A stretch of 64,000 nt of DNA from Candidatus Xenobia bacterium (GTDB lineage Bacteria; Vulcanimicrobiota; Xenobia; Xenobiales; QWHO01), in the NCBI GenBank assembly GCA_045863235.1, contig BTUM01000009.1:68015-132014 (forward strand), in the 5' to 3' direction. A program made the position numbers and the translations under genes. Numbering within the stretch: position 1 is the first letter of the stretch; the number at the start of each line of letters is the position of its first letter. Below the pieces are notes generated by a model. It saw only the letters and a program-made list of their open reading frames with translations. It searched no databases and was not told the origin of the DNA. Below, piece after piece: positions 24,862 to 35,334 of the stretch.

Positions 24862-25887
24862 TCAATATTGAAGAAGGTCCCGGGCGGCCCCGAGCAACTG
24901 CTCGACACCGGGCAACCAGGCCTTCTCCAGGGGTGGGCTGTAGGGCGTGGGAGAGTCGGGCGCGGCCACCCGCACGATCGGTCCGTCGAGGTACTCGAAG
25001 GCTTTCTCGGCGATGCGGGCCGAGAGCTCGGCGCCCGGTCCCAGGTTCTTGCACGTCTCGTGCAGCACGATCACTTTGTTGTTGCGGCGGACGCTGTCGA
25101 GCATGGTGTCCTCGTCTAACGGCACCAGCGTGCGCAGATCCACCACCTCGACCGAATGGCCATCTGCGCTCAAAGCTTCAGCCACCTCCAGGGCGGTGTG
25201 CACAGTTGCCCCGTAGGTGATGATGGTCAGATCGGTCCCGCGCCGGCGGACGGCGGCCTGGCCCAGGGGCACCAGGCCGTCCCCCGTGGGCATCTCGCCC
25301 CGAATCCGGCGATACAGGAACTTGTGCTCCAGGAACAACACGGGATCGGGATCGCGGATGGCAGCCTTGAGCAGGCCCCGAGCGTCCTCGGCGGTGGCCG
25401 GGAAGGCGATCTTGAGGCCCGGAGTAGGCATGAAATGGGCTTCCGGGCACTGCGAGTGGAAGGCGCTGCCGCTCACTCCGGCTCCGCACGGCCCGCGCAC
25501 TACGATGCTCACCCCCTGACCCCAGCGATAGCGACAAAGGGCTGCGAAGTTGACCAGCTGGTTGTAGCCGCAGGCAATGAAGTCGATGAACTGCATCTCC
25601 ACCACCACTTTGAGGCCCAGCATGGATGCCCCGATGGCAGCCCCGATCATCCCCGACTCGGAGATGGGGGTGTCCTTCACGCGATTCTCCCCGAAATGCT
25701 CTTGCAGGCCCTGGGTGACCTTGAAGGCGCCGCCGAAGTGGCCGATATCCTGGCCGATCAGGTAGACGGTGGGGTCCTGCTGCATCTCTTCGAGCAAGGC
25801 CTGGCGGATGGCCTCGAGATACGTGGTGCCTCTGCCGGAGGCAGCCTCGGCCTGCCCCAGGTGGGGCTTCTCGGTGGTCAGGCTCAC
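24862..25887 (-). CDS. 2-oxoacid dehydrogenase E1 beta subunit
   Basis: DTPISESG, EMQFIDF, HSQCPEA, DPVLFLEHK, VVDLRTL. Confidence 0.95.
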   Translation of the reverse strand: MSLTTEKPHLGQAEAASGRGTTYLEAIRQALLEEMQQDPTVYLIGQDIGHFGGAFKVTQGLQEHFGENRVKDTPISESGMIGAAIGASMLGLKVVVEMQFIDFIACGYNQLVNFAALCRYRWGQGVSIVVRGPCGAGVSGSAFHSQCPEAHFMPTPGLKIAFPATAEDARGLLKAAIRDPDPVLFLEHKFLYRRIRGEMPTGDGLVPLGQAAVRRRGTDLTIITYGATVHTALEVAEALSADGHSVEVVDLRTLVPLDEDTMLDSVRRNNKVIVLHETCKNLGPGAELSARIAEKAFEYLDGPIVRVAAPDSPTPYSPPLEKAWLPGVEQLLGAARDLLQY

Positions 25888-26816
25888 GCGAAGACACCCC
25901 CGAAAGCAAAGCTGGGATCGGGCATGGGGCTCTCATCCGCCAGACGCGCCTCGGCCTCGACTTCGCGCTCGACCTCCTGGTCGATGGTCTCCAGTTGGGC
26001 CCGCTGATCGGCCAGGCGCTTGCGAAGACGGTCGAGCGGATCTTTGGCGCGCCACTCCTCAAACAGCGCCGGGGGCACGTAGCGGGCGTCGTCATGCTCG
26101 GCATGGCCGCGCATGCGCATGGTCTTGCACTCGAGAAAGAACGGCCCCTGGCCGCTGCGGGCGTGCTGCACGGCGCGGCGAGCGGCTTGGAATACCACCA
26201 GCACGTCGTTGCCATCCACGGTCTCGGCCGGAATGCCGTAGGCTCTGGCCCGGTCCGCGAGGTCGGTGATGGCCATCTGCTGGCTGGTCGGAGTGGAGTA
26301 GGCATACTGGTTGTGCTCGCCGACCACCACCAGGGGAAGCTTCCAGACCGCGGCGAGGTTCATGCCTTCGTGGAAGTCACCCGTCGAGGTGCCTCCGTCG
26401 CCGATGTAGGTCATCGCCACCAGGTTCTTGCCCTGCTCGCGGCCGGCCCAGGCGATACCGGCGCAGACCGGGATCATGGCTCCCAGCATCGAGATGGGGG
26501 CGATCACGCCCTTGCTCACGTCCCCGAAGTGAGTATTGCAATCACGCCCTCCCGTGGGGGAACCGGCTTTGGCCATGTACTGCATGAACAGGTCGCGCGG
26601 GCGATAGCCGCGCATCAGGAAGACTCCCGCATTGCGGATCAAAGGAGCCACTATGTCTTGCGCCTCGAGAGCCGCGGCCGTGCCCACCGATATCGCCTCC
26701 TGGCCCAGGCTGCGGTAGACTCCGCCCACCACCTTGTTCTGGCGGTAGAAGCTCACGAGCCGCTCCTCCACGGCCCGATTGAGCGCCATCCAGCGGTACA
26801 GCTCGAGCTCGGTCAC
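25884..26816 (-). CDS. 2-oxoacid dehydrogenase E1 alpha subunit (TPP-binding)
   Basis: GQEAI, GDGGTSTGDFHEGMN...HNQYAYST, RMRGHAEHD; GTG start overlaps the lpdA stop. Confidence 0.93.
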   Translation of the reverse strand: MTELELYRWMALNRAVEERLVSFYRQNKVVGGVYRSLGQEAISVGTAAALEAQDIVAPLIRNAGVFLMRGYRPRDLFMQYMAKAGSPTGGRDCNTHFGDVSKGVIAPISMLGAMIPVCAGIAWAGREQGKNLVAMTYIGDGGTSTGDFHEGMNLAAVWKLPLVVVGEHNQYAYSTPTSQQMAITDLADRARAYGIPAETVDGNDVLVVFQAARRAVQHARSGQGPFFLECKTMRMRGHAEHDDARYVPPALFEEWRAKDPLDRLRKRLADQRAQLETIDQEVEREVEAEARLADESPMPDPSFAFGGVFA

Positions 26817-28219
26817 GCCGGCACGGGCTCCTTCTTGCGCACGGGCGGCGGAATGTAGTGGATGGGCGTGCCGAAGACGCCGTGAGCGGCCTCCATGATC
26901 GCCTCTGGCAGGGTGGGGTGGGCGTGGATGGTACGGTAGAGCTCCTCCACCGTGGCCTCGCACTGCAGGGCCACGCAGGCCTCGGCGATCAGGTCGGTGG
27001 CCGAGGGGCCTATGATGTGCACCCCGAGCAACTCGCCATATTTGCCCTCGGCCACGATCTTGACCAGCCCTTCCGTCTCGCCGATGATGGCCGCCTTGCC
27101 CAGGGCCGCCCAGGGGAATCGGCCGACCTTGACGTCGTAACCCTTCTCGCGGGCCTCGCGCTCGGTCAGGCCCACGCTGGCCACCTCGGGATGGGTATAG
27201 GTGGCTCCCGGAATCTTGCCGTAGTCGATGGGACGCACGGCATGTCCGGCGGCGTGCTCCACCGCCAGAATCCCCTCGGCCGAGGCCACGTGGGCCAGCT
27301 GAGGGCCGGGAGTGAGGTCGCCGATGGCATAGACACCGGGCAGGTTGGTGCGCCCGAACTCGTCTACCTTGACCCGACGCCCGTCGAGCTCGATGCCCAC
27401 CTCGGTCAGGCCGGCTGTATTGGGGAATCGGCCCACCGACAGCAGCAAGGTCTCGGCCTCGAGCGTCTCCTTGCTGTCCAGCGTGAGCTTCACTCCCCCG
27501 GCGGTGGTGGCGATCGTCTCCACTTTCGTGGAGGTACGGATGGGAATGCCCTGTTTGGCGAACGACCTGGTCAGTTCGGCCGAGATCTCCTCATCTTCTG
27601 CCGGCAAGGCTCGAGGCAGCATCTCGATGACCTTCACCTTCGTCCCAAAGCGATTGTAGATGGAGGCGAACTCGAGGCCCACGGCTCCGGCCCCGATCAC
27701 CAGCATGGAGGCCGGCACCCGGTCGAGCTTGAGGATCTCGTCGGAGGTGAACACCTTCACGCCATCCACCGTCACGCCAGGCAACACGATGGGAGAAGAG
27801 CCGGTGGCCAGCACGATGGTGGTGGCCTCGAGCGGGGTCCCGTCGACTTCCAGCAGGCCGGGCTTGATGAGCCGGCCGGTGCCGGTCAGGGAGCGGATGC
27901 GACTTTTCTTGATCAGACCGTCGATGCCGCGGGCCAGCCTGGATACGGCGTCGTTCTTCTTTGCCTGCATCTTGCCAACGTCCAGGCGCAGGTTGTCGAC
28001 CAGCACCCCGTACTCGGCGGAGCGCTTCATCTCGCCGTACATGTGGGCGTAGTGGAGCAGGGCCTTGGTGGGAATGCAGCCGCGGTGCAGGCAGGTACCT
28101 CCCAGAAAAGGATCCTTCTCCACCAGGGCCACCGTCATCCCCAGCTGGGCGGCCCGAATCGCCGCCACATAGCCCCCGGGGCCACCGCCTATGATTGCCA
28201 GATCGACCTTATCGCTCAC
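26813..28219 (-). CDS. lpdA: Dihydrolipoyl dehydrogenase E3
   Basis: GGGPGGY, GGTCLHRGCIPTK, GAGAVGLE, HAHPTLPE; AGGAGG RBS before GTG. Confidence 0.96.
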   Translation of the reverse strand: MSDKVDLAIIGGGPGGYVAAIRAAQLGMTVALVEKDPFLGGTCLHRGCIPTKALLHYAHMYGEMKRSAEYGVLVDNLRLDVGKMQAKKNDAVSRLARGIDGLIKKSRIRSLTGTGRLIKPGLLEVDGTPLEATTIVLATGSSPIVLPGVTVDGVKVFTSDEILKLDRVPASMLVIGAGAVGLEFASIYNRFGTKVKVIEMLPRALPAEDEEISAELTRSFAKQGIPIRTSTKVETIATTAGGVKLTLDSKETLEAETLLLSVGRFPNTAGLTEVGIELDGRRVKVDEFGRTNLPGVYAIGDLTPGPQLAHVASAEGILAVEHAAGHAVRPIDYGKIPGATYTHPEVASVGLTEREAREKGYDVKVGRFPWAALGKAAIIGETEGLVKIVAEGKYGELLGVHIIGPSATDLIAEACVALQCEATVEELYRTIHAHPTLPEAIMEAAHGVFGTPIHYIPPPVRKKEPVPA

Positions 28220-28295
28220 GTGAACCTCCTGGAAACTCGACCAGAACCGGCCGGAGGCTTTTCCAAGCGCGGCTTTTCTCCTTCGTTGCAGGCGT

Positions 28296-29174
28296 TCAGC
28301 CAGCAGCGCCGGCCAGACGTTTGCTGGCCGCCAGGGGGGTCTCTTTGCCATACATGACACTGAGAAAGCCCGGCAGCCAGTGGTCCAGGGCCGTCAAACT
28401 GACCTCGAGCAGCGGACCCAGCACCGACTCAGGCAGCAACCCGGTCGGGCCGGCGTCAAAGGCGGCGCGATAGCGTATCTCCGAGCGTTCGAGCTGGAAG
28501 TTCCCCAGACTGAGGCTGGAGTTGGTGCGCGTCAGGAACTCCAGCACCGGGGTCTGGGAGCGTGGGGGGATGGTGACCGGGGCCCGGCTGAGAAATCGGC
28601 AGATGCTGCCGTGCATGGCCACTTCGCAGCGCCAGCGGGCTCGCTCGCCCACCACGTGCAATATCAGCTTCTCCTCGCGCCGGGTGGGACTCTGGCCGGC
28701 TGCCCGTAGAAAGGCCGTCAACTGCTCCTGGGCGGGCGACTTGCGGCGGGTGGGCTCGGGCAGGGGAAACTGGGGCAACTCCGTCGACCCGCCTTCGGAG
28801 ACCCGGATCAGGGCCGGCAGGGCCAGGTCCAAAATGCGCGGCGGAGTGAGCAGTAAGGGGCGAAGAAGCTCGGTCGAGGGCTCGGCCTGACCGAGCTCGA
28901 GGCAGGTGCGCAGCCGGATGTCGCCGTGAAGATAGTCCAGCTCGAAGCAGCCCAGATCGAGGCGCACATTGATCCGGTTCAAAAAACCTGCCATATCGGG
29001 CCTGCGACGGGCTTGTACCGGACAGAGGGCCACACTGCTCAACCGGGTCGGGCCGCACTGCGAAATGACCAGGGTCCACTTGAGGTCCTTGCTCTGCAGG
29101 GGGACGCTCAAACCCTCCTCGCTGACCCCGAAATCCCAGCGATCGGCTCGCAGCAGCTCGGCGATCGGCTGCAA
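28296..29174 (-). CDS. Tandem two-domain YbjN-like (type III chaperone-fold) protein
   Basis: Two copies of the pattern FL.R.N..L.LG.F.L....I..R. Confidence 0.72.
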   Translation of the reverse strand: MQPIAELLRADRWDFGVSEEGLSVPLQSKDLKWTLVISQCGPTRLSSVALCPVQARRRPDMAGFLNRINVRLDLGCFELDYLHGDIRLRTCLELGQAEPSTELLRPLLLTPPRILDLALPALIRVSEGGSTELPQFPLPEPTRRKSPAQEQLTAFLRAAGQSPTRREEKLILHVVGERARWRCEVAMHGSICRFLSRAPVTIPPRSQTPVLEFLTRTNSSLSLGNFQLERSEIRYRAAFDAGPTGLLPESVLGPLLEVSLTALDHWLPGFLSVMYGKETPLAASKRLAGAAG

Positions 29175-29182
29175 CAGATCGA

Positions 29183-29653
29183 TCAGAGGGTGCCTCCAGC
29201 AGCCAGGATCTCCATCGCCTCCCGGGGGGTCGTGTGGCCGTACAGAACGGCCAGAAGGCCCGGGAGAAAGAAGTCCATGCGGTGAATGTTGGTGTAGAGC
29301 AGGGGACGAAAGAGATTGTCGCTCAGCTCCCCGTCGAACACGTCCAGGCTGGTGCGGTAGCGAATCTCCCCGCGCTCGGAGATCAACTCGAACTGGCCCA
29401 GCGAGACCGAAAAGTTGGCCCGACCCAGGAACTCGACAGCCACCAGGCGGCGCTCGGGAGGGATGTTGACGGGACAGAAACTGTCGATGACCACCTGGTA
29501 ACCGCGTCGCTCCTCCAGTCGCTCCTCGACCGAGACGGAATAGTAGCCGTGCTTGCCCGAGTAGCGCAGCCGCAGCACGCCCTCCTCCAGCTCATAGGGC
29601 CAGCCGTCTCGTTCCAGGAACTGCCCCACGAAGGTCAGGATCTTGCCCATCAC
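29183..29653 (-). CDS. YbjN-like domain protein
   Basis: [24 protein letters not shown]...GEIRYRTS. Confidence 0.8.
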   Translation of the reverse strand: MMGKILTFVGQFLERDGWPYELEEGVLRLRYSGKHGYYSVSVEERLEERRGYQVVIDSFCPVNIPPERRLVAVEFLGRANFSVSLGQFELISERGEIRYRTSLDVFDGELSDNLFRPLLYTNIHRMDFFLPGLLAVLYGHTTPREAMEILAAGGTL

Positions 29654-30069
29654 TCACCGATGATCTTGACCAGCACCCGTTTTCTTCGTCGGCCGTCGAA
29701 CTCGGCGTAGAAGATCTGCTCCCAGGGGCCGAAGTCGAGCCGTCCGGCGGTCACCGCCACCACCACCTCGCGACCCATGACCTGGCGCTTGAGGTGGGCG
29801 TCCGCATTGTCTTCTCCGGTTCGGTTGTGACGATACTTGGAAGTGGGGGCGTGGGGCGCAAGTTGCTCGAGCCAGTCATCGTAGTCTTGAATCAGTCCCG
29901 GCTCGTCGTCGTTGATGTAGACGCTGGCCGTGATGTGCATGGCGTTGACCAGGCAGAGCCCCTCCTGGATGCCGCTCTCCTCCAGAATCTCCTGCACTTG
30001 AGAGGTGATGTTGAGGTAATTGCGCCGCTCGGGAGTCTCGAACCAGAGATGGCGTGTGATCGACTTCAA
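29650..30069 (-). CDS. yjbQ: YjbQ/UPF0047 family protein
   Basis: [34 protein letters not shown] start overlaps the upstream stop. Confidence 0.9.
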   Translation of the reverse strand: MKSITRHLWFETPERRNYLNITSQVQEILEESGIQEGLCLVNAMHITASVYINDDEPGLIQDYDDWLEQLAPHAPTSKYRHNRTGEDNADAHLKRQVMGREVVVAVTAGRLDFGPWEQIFYAEFDGRRRKRVLVKIIGE

Positions 30070-30650
30070 GAGCGGGCTCCTGTCTTGTGGAGAAGCCAGA
30101 AGGACGCGTAATTGTTGCAGATGTGGATCACCACCGCCAGGGCCAGGTTGCCGGTCAGCAACACCAGCCCTCCCATCAGCAAGCCGGTCAGGAAGGCCCA
30201 GCCGGCCATCCAGACCATGCGGCGGTCGCCCAGGTGGAGGAGGGCAAAAAGCAGGCTGGAAGGCACCAGCCCCAACTCGGTCAACAGGATGCCCCGAAAC
30301 AAGACCTCCTCGCCGAAACCGGAAGCCAGTGCCACCATCAGCTTGCCGCCGGGCGAGAGCACCCGGGCGATGGGACCCATGCACTCCTCGCGCAGCCAGC
30401 GCACCGACTCAAATTGCCGGGAGAGGCCCTCGAAGAGCCTGTGGCTGATGAAGGCCAACCCGAGCCCCAGGGCGGCCCCGCCCACCAACCCGAGATTCCA
30501 GTGCAGGGCCTTCCACCAGGAGATCCCCCGCAAGAAACCCCAGACCAGTGCAAGAAAGACGTAGGCAAGCTGCATCTTGAGCAGAAGCAGGAGCACGCTG
30601 TGGCGGGAGGGCTTCAGGGCCGCAGGAGGCTCGGCTGAGGGCGGTGGCAC
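30066..30650 (-). CDS. CPBP (Abi/CAAX) intramembrane metalloprotease
   Basis: [18 protein letters not shown] motifs in a multi-TM protein. Confidence 0.9.
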   Translation of the reverse strand: MPPPSAEPPAALKPSRHSVLLLLLKMQLAYVFLALVWGFLRGISWWKALHWNLGLVGGAALGLGLAFISHRLFEGLSRQFESVRWLREECMGPIARVLSPGGKLMVALASGFGEEVLFRGILLTELGLVPSSLLFALLHLGDRRMVWMAGWAFLTGLLMGGLVLLTGNLALAVVIHICNNYASFWLLHKTGARS

Positions 30651-30684
30651 GACCGGGGTTTCGGCCGCGCGAAGACGCCCTCCT

Positions 30685-31749
30685 TCAGAAAAGAAGCGAG
30701 CGGTCCACCGCGGCCAGGTCGCGGCAGCCGCACAGGGCCAGCGCCTGATCCAGCTCGTTGCGTAGAAGGCCCAGCAGGCTGCGCACTCCCTTCTCCCCGT
30801 CCACGGCCAGTCCCCACAGGATGGGACGGCCTAACAGCACCGCCCGGGCCCCCAGGGCCAGAGCCTTGACGATGTCGGTGCCGCGCCGCACCCCTCCGTC
30901 CACCAGCAGTTCGCCTCGACCGGCCATGGCCTCGGCCACCCGCGGCAGAGCCCGAATGCTGGCCACGGCCGTGTCCAGCTGTCGTCCCCCGTGATTGGAG
31001 ACGACCACGCCGGCGGCCCCGTGCTCGAGCGAGCGCACTGCGTCGTCGGGGCGCACCACACCCTTCACCAGCACCGGCAGTCCGGTCAGGCCGCACAACC
31101 ATTCCAGGTCCTTCCAGCCCAGGTCAGGATCGAGGTGCTGCAGGGCGTAGGCCGCCAGGCCCGAGTCCTGCTTCACCCCGGGGATGGCCGGAGCCGCGGG
31201 CATATTCTTGACCTCCAGCCCGGGTGGCAGGCGGAATTCGTTGCGCACGTCCCGCTCGCGACGGCCGAGCACGGGGGCGTCCACGGTCAGAACCAGGGCC
31301 TTGCATCCGGCGTCGCGGGCTCGCTCCACCAGGGCCTTTGTTCCGCCCCGGTCCTTGTAGATGTAAACCTGGAAGAAGACCGGTCCGCTGGCCGCCTTCA
31401 CCACCTCTTCCAGGGCCACGTTGGAGAGAGTCGAGAGACAGAAGATGCTGCCTTCTCCCGTAACCGCCCGCACGCTGGCCAGCTCGGCCTCGGGGGTGGC
31501 CAGCCCGTGAAAGGCCGTCGGCGCGGCCAGAACCGGAAGCGAGACGGGGTGCCCCAGGATGCTGGTGGAAAGATCGCGCCGCTCGCCGACCGAGGCCAGG
31601 ACCCGATAGGCCAGCGCCAACTCGCGGTAGGCCTTCCGGTTGGCGTCCAGAGTGAGCTCGTCATCCGCTCCGGCGGCGTAGTAGCCGTAAGCCATGGGGT
31701 CGAGCAGCTGGCGGGCCTGCTGCTCGTAGTCGTCCAGATTCAAGAGCAT
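30685..31749 (-). CDS. FMN-dependent alpha-hydroxy acid oxidase/dehydrogenase
   Basis: LTVDAPVLGRRERD, VLVKGV, VSNHGGRQLD, DGGVRRGTD. Confidence 0.95.
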   Translation of the reverse strand: MLLNLDDYEQQARQLLDPMAYGYYAAGADDELTLDANRKAYRELALAYRVLASVGERRDLSTSILGHPVSLPVLAAPTAFHGLATPEAELASVRAVTGEGSIFCLSTLSNVALEEVVKAASGPVFFQVYIYKDRGGTKALVERARDAGCKALVLTVDAPVLGRRERDVRNEFRLPPGLEVKNMPAAPAIPGVKQDSGLAAYALQHLDPDLGWKDLEWLCGLTGLPVLVKGVVRPDDAVRSLEHGAAGVVVSNHGGRQLDTAVASIRALPRVAEAMAGRGELLVDGGVRRGTDIVKALALGARAVLLGRPILWGLAVDGEKGVRSLLGLLRNELDQALALCGCRDLAAVDRSLLF

Positions 31750-31809
31750 GGCCAGCCGATTCCCTTTTCCAGGAAGGGCTCCTGTCTTTGCATGCAAAAT
31801 GGCAACTCC

Positions 31810-32772
31810 ATGGCAGCCGCTCCCCTGATCGAGGAGTCCCGAGGAAACTGGTTCCTGCTCCTGTCGAAAGCTTACAAGTTCCCACCCGGAATGGCCCTGA
31901 GCCTGGTGGTGCTGGGGGCCTACGCATCAGTCCTGTGCCTGGGCGACTTCCACTTCAACTGGTGGGACATCGAGCTTCCCCTGACCCTGCACAGTCTGCT
32001 CGGCTTCGTGGTCAGCTTGCTGCTGGTCTTTCGCACCAACTCGGCCTATGAGCGCTGGTGGGAAGCCCGCAAGCTGCTGGGTAACCTGAATGACAGCGGA
32101 CGTTACGTAGCCCTCAAGCTGCGCTCGCTGGCCAAACTGGGCCTGGACGAGCGGCACCGCCTGGCCGAGTGGCTCTGCGCCTACGTGTGGAGCATCAAAG
32201 AGCACTTGCGCGACCGTAATCATGAGTACAGCTCCACCCTGGTGCCGCCCGACTATCGGGTGGCTTACCTGCACTCGCCTCACAAGCCGATCTTCTTGAT
32301 GTATCGACTGGCCGAGCTGGCCAAGGGTCTGCACGAGTCAGGGCGCCTGGACGGCCACGAGCTGCAGGTGGTGGAGACGGGGCTCAAGCCAGTGGGCGAT
32401 CTGGTGGGGGGGCTCGAGCGCATCAAGAACACGCCCATTCCTCTGGCCTACACGCTGCACTTGCGGCGCATCATCCTGCTCTACGTGGTCACTCTGCCGC
32501 TCGGCCTTGTGCACGACTACCACTGGTGGACGGTCCCGATCGTGATGATCACCTTTTACATCATGGCCGGCATCGAGTTCATTGGAGAAGAGATCGAAGA
32601 GCCCTTCGGCAAGGACGAGAACGACCTGCCCGTTTCGCAGATCTCGGTGCGCATCTGCCAGAGCATTTCCGCCGCCCTGGAGGTGGAGAATCCCTGCCAG
32701 CCGACCTTGATGAAGGCCTCGGTCAGCCTCAAGCCCTCCGATTATCTTCCCCAGCCGACCGGGCCCAACTGA
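31810..32772 (+). CDS. Bacterial bestrophin family channel
   Basis: LLVFRTNSAYERWWEARK, ERIKNTPIP, EIEEPFGKDENDLP; alternative start 31792. Confidence 0.92.
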   Translation: MAAAPLIEESRGNWFLLLSKAYKFPPGMALSLVVLGAYASVLCLGDFHFNWWDIELPLTLHSLLGFVVSLLLVFRTNSAYERWWEARKLLGNLNDSGRYVALKLRSLAKLGLDERHRLAEWLCAYVWSIKEHLRDRNHEYSSTLVPPDYRVAYLHSPHKPIFLMYRLAELAKGLHESGRLDGHELQVVETGLKPVGDLVGGLERIKNTPIPLAYTLHLRRIILLYVVTLPLGLVHDYHWWTVPIVMITFYIMAGIEFIGEEIEEPFGKDENDLPVSQISVRICQSISAALEVENPCQPTLMKASVSLKPSDYLPQPTGPN

Positions 32773-32808
32773 AGGGCGGCTGGCTCGAGCGCTCGACTCA
32801 GGCGGACC

Positions 32809-35136
32809 TCAGGGCGCGGTCGCCCTCTTGAGCACCTGGCCGAGCAAGGCCTCCAGGTTGACCTCGCCGGTCTCTGAACAGAGGTCGAGATCCAGGGGCT
32901 TCTCGCAGTCGACTTCCGTTCGCTCGCCCGGCTCGCCGGCGGGAGGCAACACCCAGCGGCTCGCTGGAATCGTGTCCGGTCGGGACTGAACCCCGGCCGC
33001 GTGCACCAGGCGATGGGGAACCTCGGACAGAGAGCTGATGATTCGATTGTCGGAGAAACTCAGGTTGGTGGGGTACTTCACCCCGCCAGCGGTGTAGGGG
33101 CAAGGGTTGCAGAACCTCGAGCTGCTCCAGAAGTTGCCCACGTAACTGATGTCCCCGTAAGTCACGCAGCCCCCGATTTCCGCACCGTACTTGGCGCAAT
33201 TGATCAGGTAGTAGGGAGGATAGGGCAACGGATCCCCCTGCCGGGGAGCCGGCCCGAACCAGGCAACTCCCACCGGGTTGTCGGCTGAGACGTTGTTCTT
33301 CAGCACGATATAGCGACTACCGCCATCGGTGTAGTAGACGTTGCTTCCGGCCGAAGGTCGCTTGTTGGTGGCCACGTTTCCCTCGATGATCAGGGGGTCG
33401 TTCTCCGAAGTGCCCTGCTGCCCGGTGGTGTAGACCGCCCCCGTATCCCAGAGCACATTCCCCCAGGCGTAGAAGCGGTTCCTGAGAATCTTGTTGCCGC
33501 TGTTGGCGGTAGGCGTGTTGTAGGTGCCCCACTCCCCGCTCACCGAGCCGGGATTGCCCGGGAACATCCCCTTGTCGAGCAGGCCCCAGCCCCACCCGAT
33601 GGCGACACCTGACCAGGGCACCTCGGCGATGGTGTTGTTGGCGATGGTGGTGCGGGCGGTGAATCCGACGAAGATGCCGGCTGCGTCCGTATAGTCGATG
33701 GCCACGTTGCGCACCAGGTTGCCGGTGATGGTGTTGTCGATGGTGGCCTGACGGGCTTCGACTGGACGAGCATCCTCGGGAGCCACTCCGCCCAGGACGA
33801 TGGCGGAGGAGGAGATGTTCACGAAAAGGTTCTGGTCGATCAGATTGCGCTGGCTGCCGGTGTCCAGGTCGAGCCCCACCGAGCCCAGGTTCTCGAAGAT
33901 GTTGCCCCGGAACGTCAGGTCGGTGGAGAACCGAAACCGCACGTTGCCCGGGGTGCGCACCACGAACTGATCATGGCCCCAGATGTTGGGCTTGTGGTTC
34001 TGGCCCACGATGTGAAAGGCGCTCTGGTCGCTGACATAGCCATTGGGGCCGCTGGGCTCGAGCCAGGTGGCACCGGTAAAAGTCAGGCCTTCGAAACGAA
34101 TGTGATGGGCCGAATCACCCTCAATCAAGGTCTCCAGGACAGGGAGCTCGACCTCGGCCGTGGCCATGTCCTCCCCCGCCCGGGGCTTATAGTAGAGCAC
34201 GCCGGTGGCGCTGTTGAGATACCACTCGCCCGGCTCGTCGAGAAACTCCAGGGCGTTCTCGAACCGGGTCACCTGCCAGAAGCTCCAGGGCCCCGGCTGC
34301 AGGAGCTCTTTGATCAGGAACTCATTGGCATTGGTCCAGGCAGGCTCTTTCATCTTGATCAGGCCGGTCTTCACCGGTTGAGGCAGGGGCAAGAGCAAAG
34401 TGCCGGGCTGAAGCAAAGGGTCGATGGTGAACTCAGGATAGGGCGTGACCGAGGCCACCGGCACGCTCATCTGCTTCCACTGGGTCACGATCACCGCCTC
34501 GACCTGGTCGGGATACTGCCAGGTTGCCGGGTCTCGCCAGGCGGCGGGGTTGAGATTGGTGGGGATGAACTCGATGCCCAGTTGAATCGGAATGCCCAGA
34601 ATCCAGACGAAGGCGGGCAAGAAACCGGATGGATAGTTCTCGGTGCGGGCCCGAATGGCCGGACGCCCATTGACGTAAAGTTGCCGCGTCTGGCGCTGCC
34701 CCACGACGGTACTGAAGATGTTGCGAGCCGGATCAGACAGCTGCCAGCCGGTTACCGGGATGGCACCGGAGAGAACCGCCCTTTCCCCTACCGCCGAGCG
34801 GATCACCAGGTAATGACCGTTCTGTCCCGAGTGCTCCGGCCCGATTTTGATGGGCTGAGTGAGTCGGTGGATTCCACCGTCAAGCACGATGGTGACATCC
34901 CCGGTCCAGTCTTCGTTGTCTTTCGCCGCCACATGATCCAGCGCGTGCTGTGGCGATTGAAACGGCGCGCCTGGCGTGCCGTCGCCCGGACCCGTTGCCT
35001 GCGAGGAGACGTGGACGGTCTGGCCTTGAGGCGGAGGAACGAGGATGGGCTGGTTGTTCCCGGTGACAGTTTGTCCGCCACTGGAGCAGGCGGAGGCCAG
35101 GACGGTCAGAAGCAGGAGGCCGGCGAGGATTCTCAT
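32809..35136 (-). CDS. Lipoprotein with a right-handed beta-helix (pectin-lyase-like, possible glycoside hydrolase)
   Basis: Lipobox LASA-C; GDGT...PF, LSGA.PVTGW, ENALEFLDEPGEWY, Asn-ladder repeats, D.GAVYT. Confidence 0.82.
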   Translation of the reverse strand: MRILAGLLLLTVLASACSSGGQTVTGNNQPILVPPPQGQTVHVSSQATGPGDGTPGAPFQSPQHALDHVAAKDNEDWTGDVTIVLDGGIHRLTQPIKIGPEHSGQNGHYLVIRSAVGERAVLSGAIPVTGWQLSDPARNIFSTVVGQRQTRQLYVNGRPAIRARTENYPSGFLPAFVWILGIPIQLGIEFIPTNLNPAAWRDPATWQYPDQVEAVIVTQWKQMSVPVASVTPYPEFTIDPLLQPGTLLLPLPQPVKTGLIKMKEPAWTNANEFLIKELLQPGPWSFWQVTRFENALEFLDEPGEWYLNSATGVLYYKPRAGEDMATAEVELPVLETLIEGDSAHHIRFEGLTFTGATWLEPSGPNGYVSDQSAFHIVGQNHKPNIWGHDQFVVRTPGNVRFRFSTDLTFRGNIFENLGSVGLDLDTGSQRNLIDQNLFVNISSSAIVLGGVAPEDARPVEARQATIDNTITGNLVRNVAIDYTDAAGIFVGFTARTTIANNTIAEVPWSGVAIGWGWGLLDKGMFPGNPGSVSGEWGTYNTPTANSGNKILRNRFYAWGNVLWDTGAVYTTGQQGTSENDPLIIEGNVATNKRPSAGSNVYYTDGGSRYIVLKNNVSADNPVGVAWFGPAPRQGDPLPYPPYYLINCAKYGAEIGGCVTYGDISYVGNFWSSSRFCNPCPYTAGGVKYPTNLSFSDNRIISSLSEVPHRLVHAAGVQSRPDTIPASRWVLPPAGEPGERTEVDCEKPLDLDLCSETGEVNLEALLGQVLKRATAP

Positions 35137-35334
35137 CGGACGCGCTTCGAGGCAAGACTGAGAGCAACCTCTGCGCAACCGGCGTGACACGTCGCCCGAA
35201 GGATTGAAGTGCGAAGGCCTTGCGAAGACGACTTGATAAGCTGGAGAGTTGTCTCTAAGGTTTAACTCAGGGCCCCGGCGCCTCTGTCAACGGATCCTGA
35301 TGTGCAAAACCAAAGCCCATCCAACGCTCAATGC

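Noticed and set aside
35231..35241. SAM-I riboswitch suggested by CTTATCAAG on the minus strand
   Set aside because: The expected following elements (GAG...GAGGGA kink-turn, correctly placed GCAACC, GTGC, closing AGATRA) do not follow in order.
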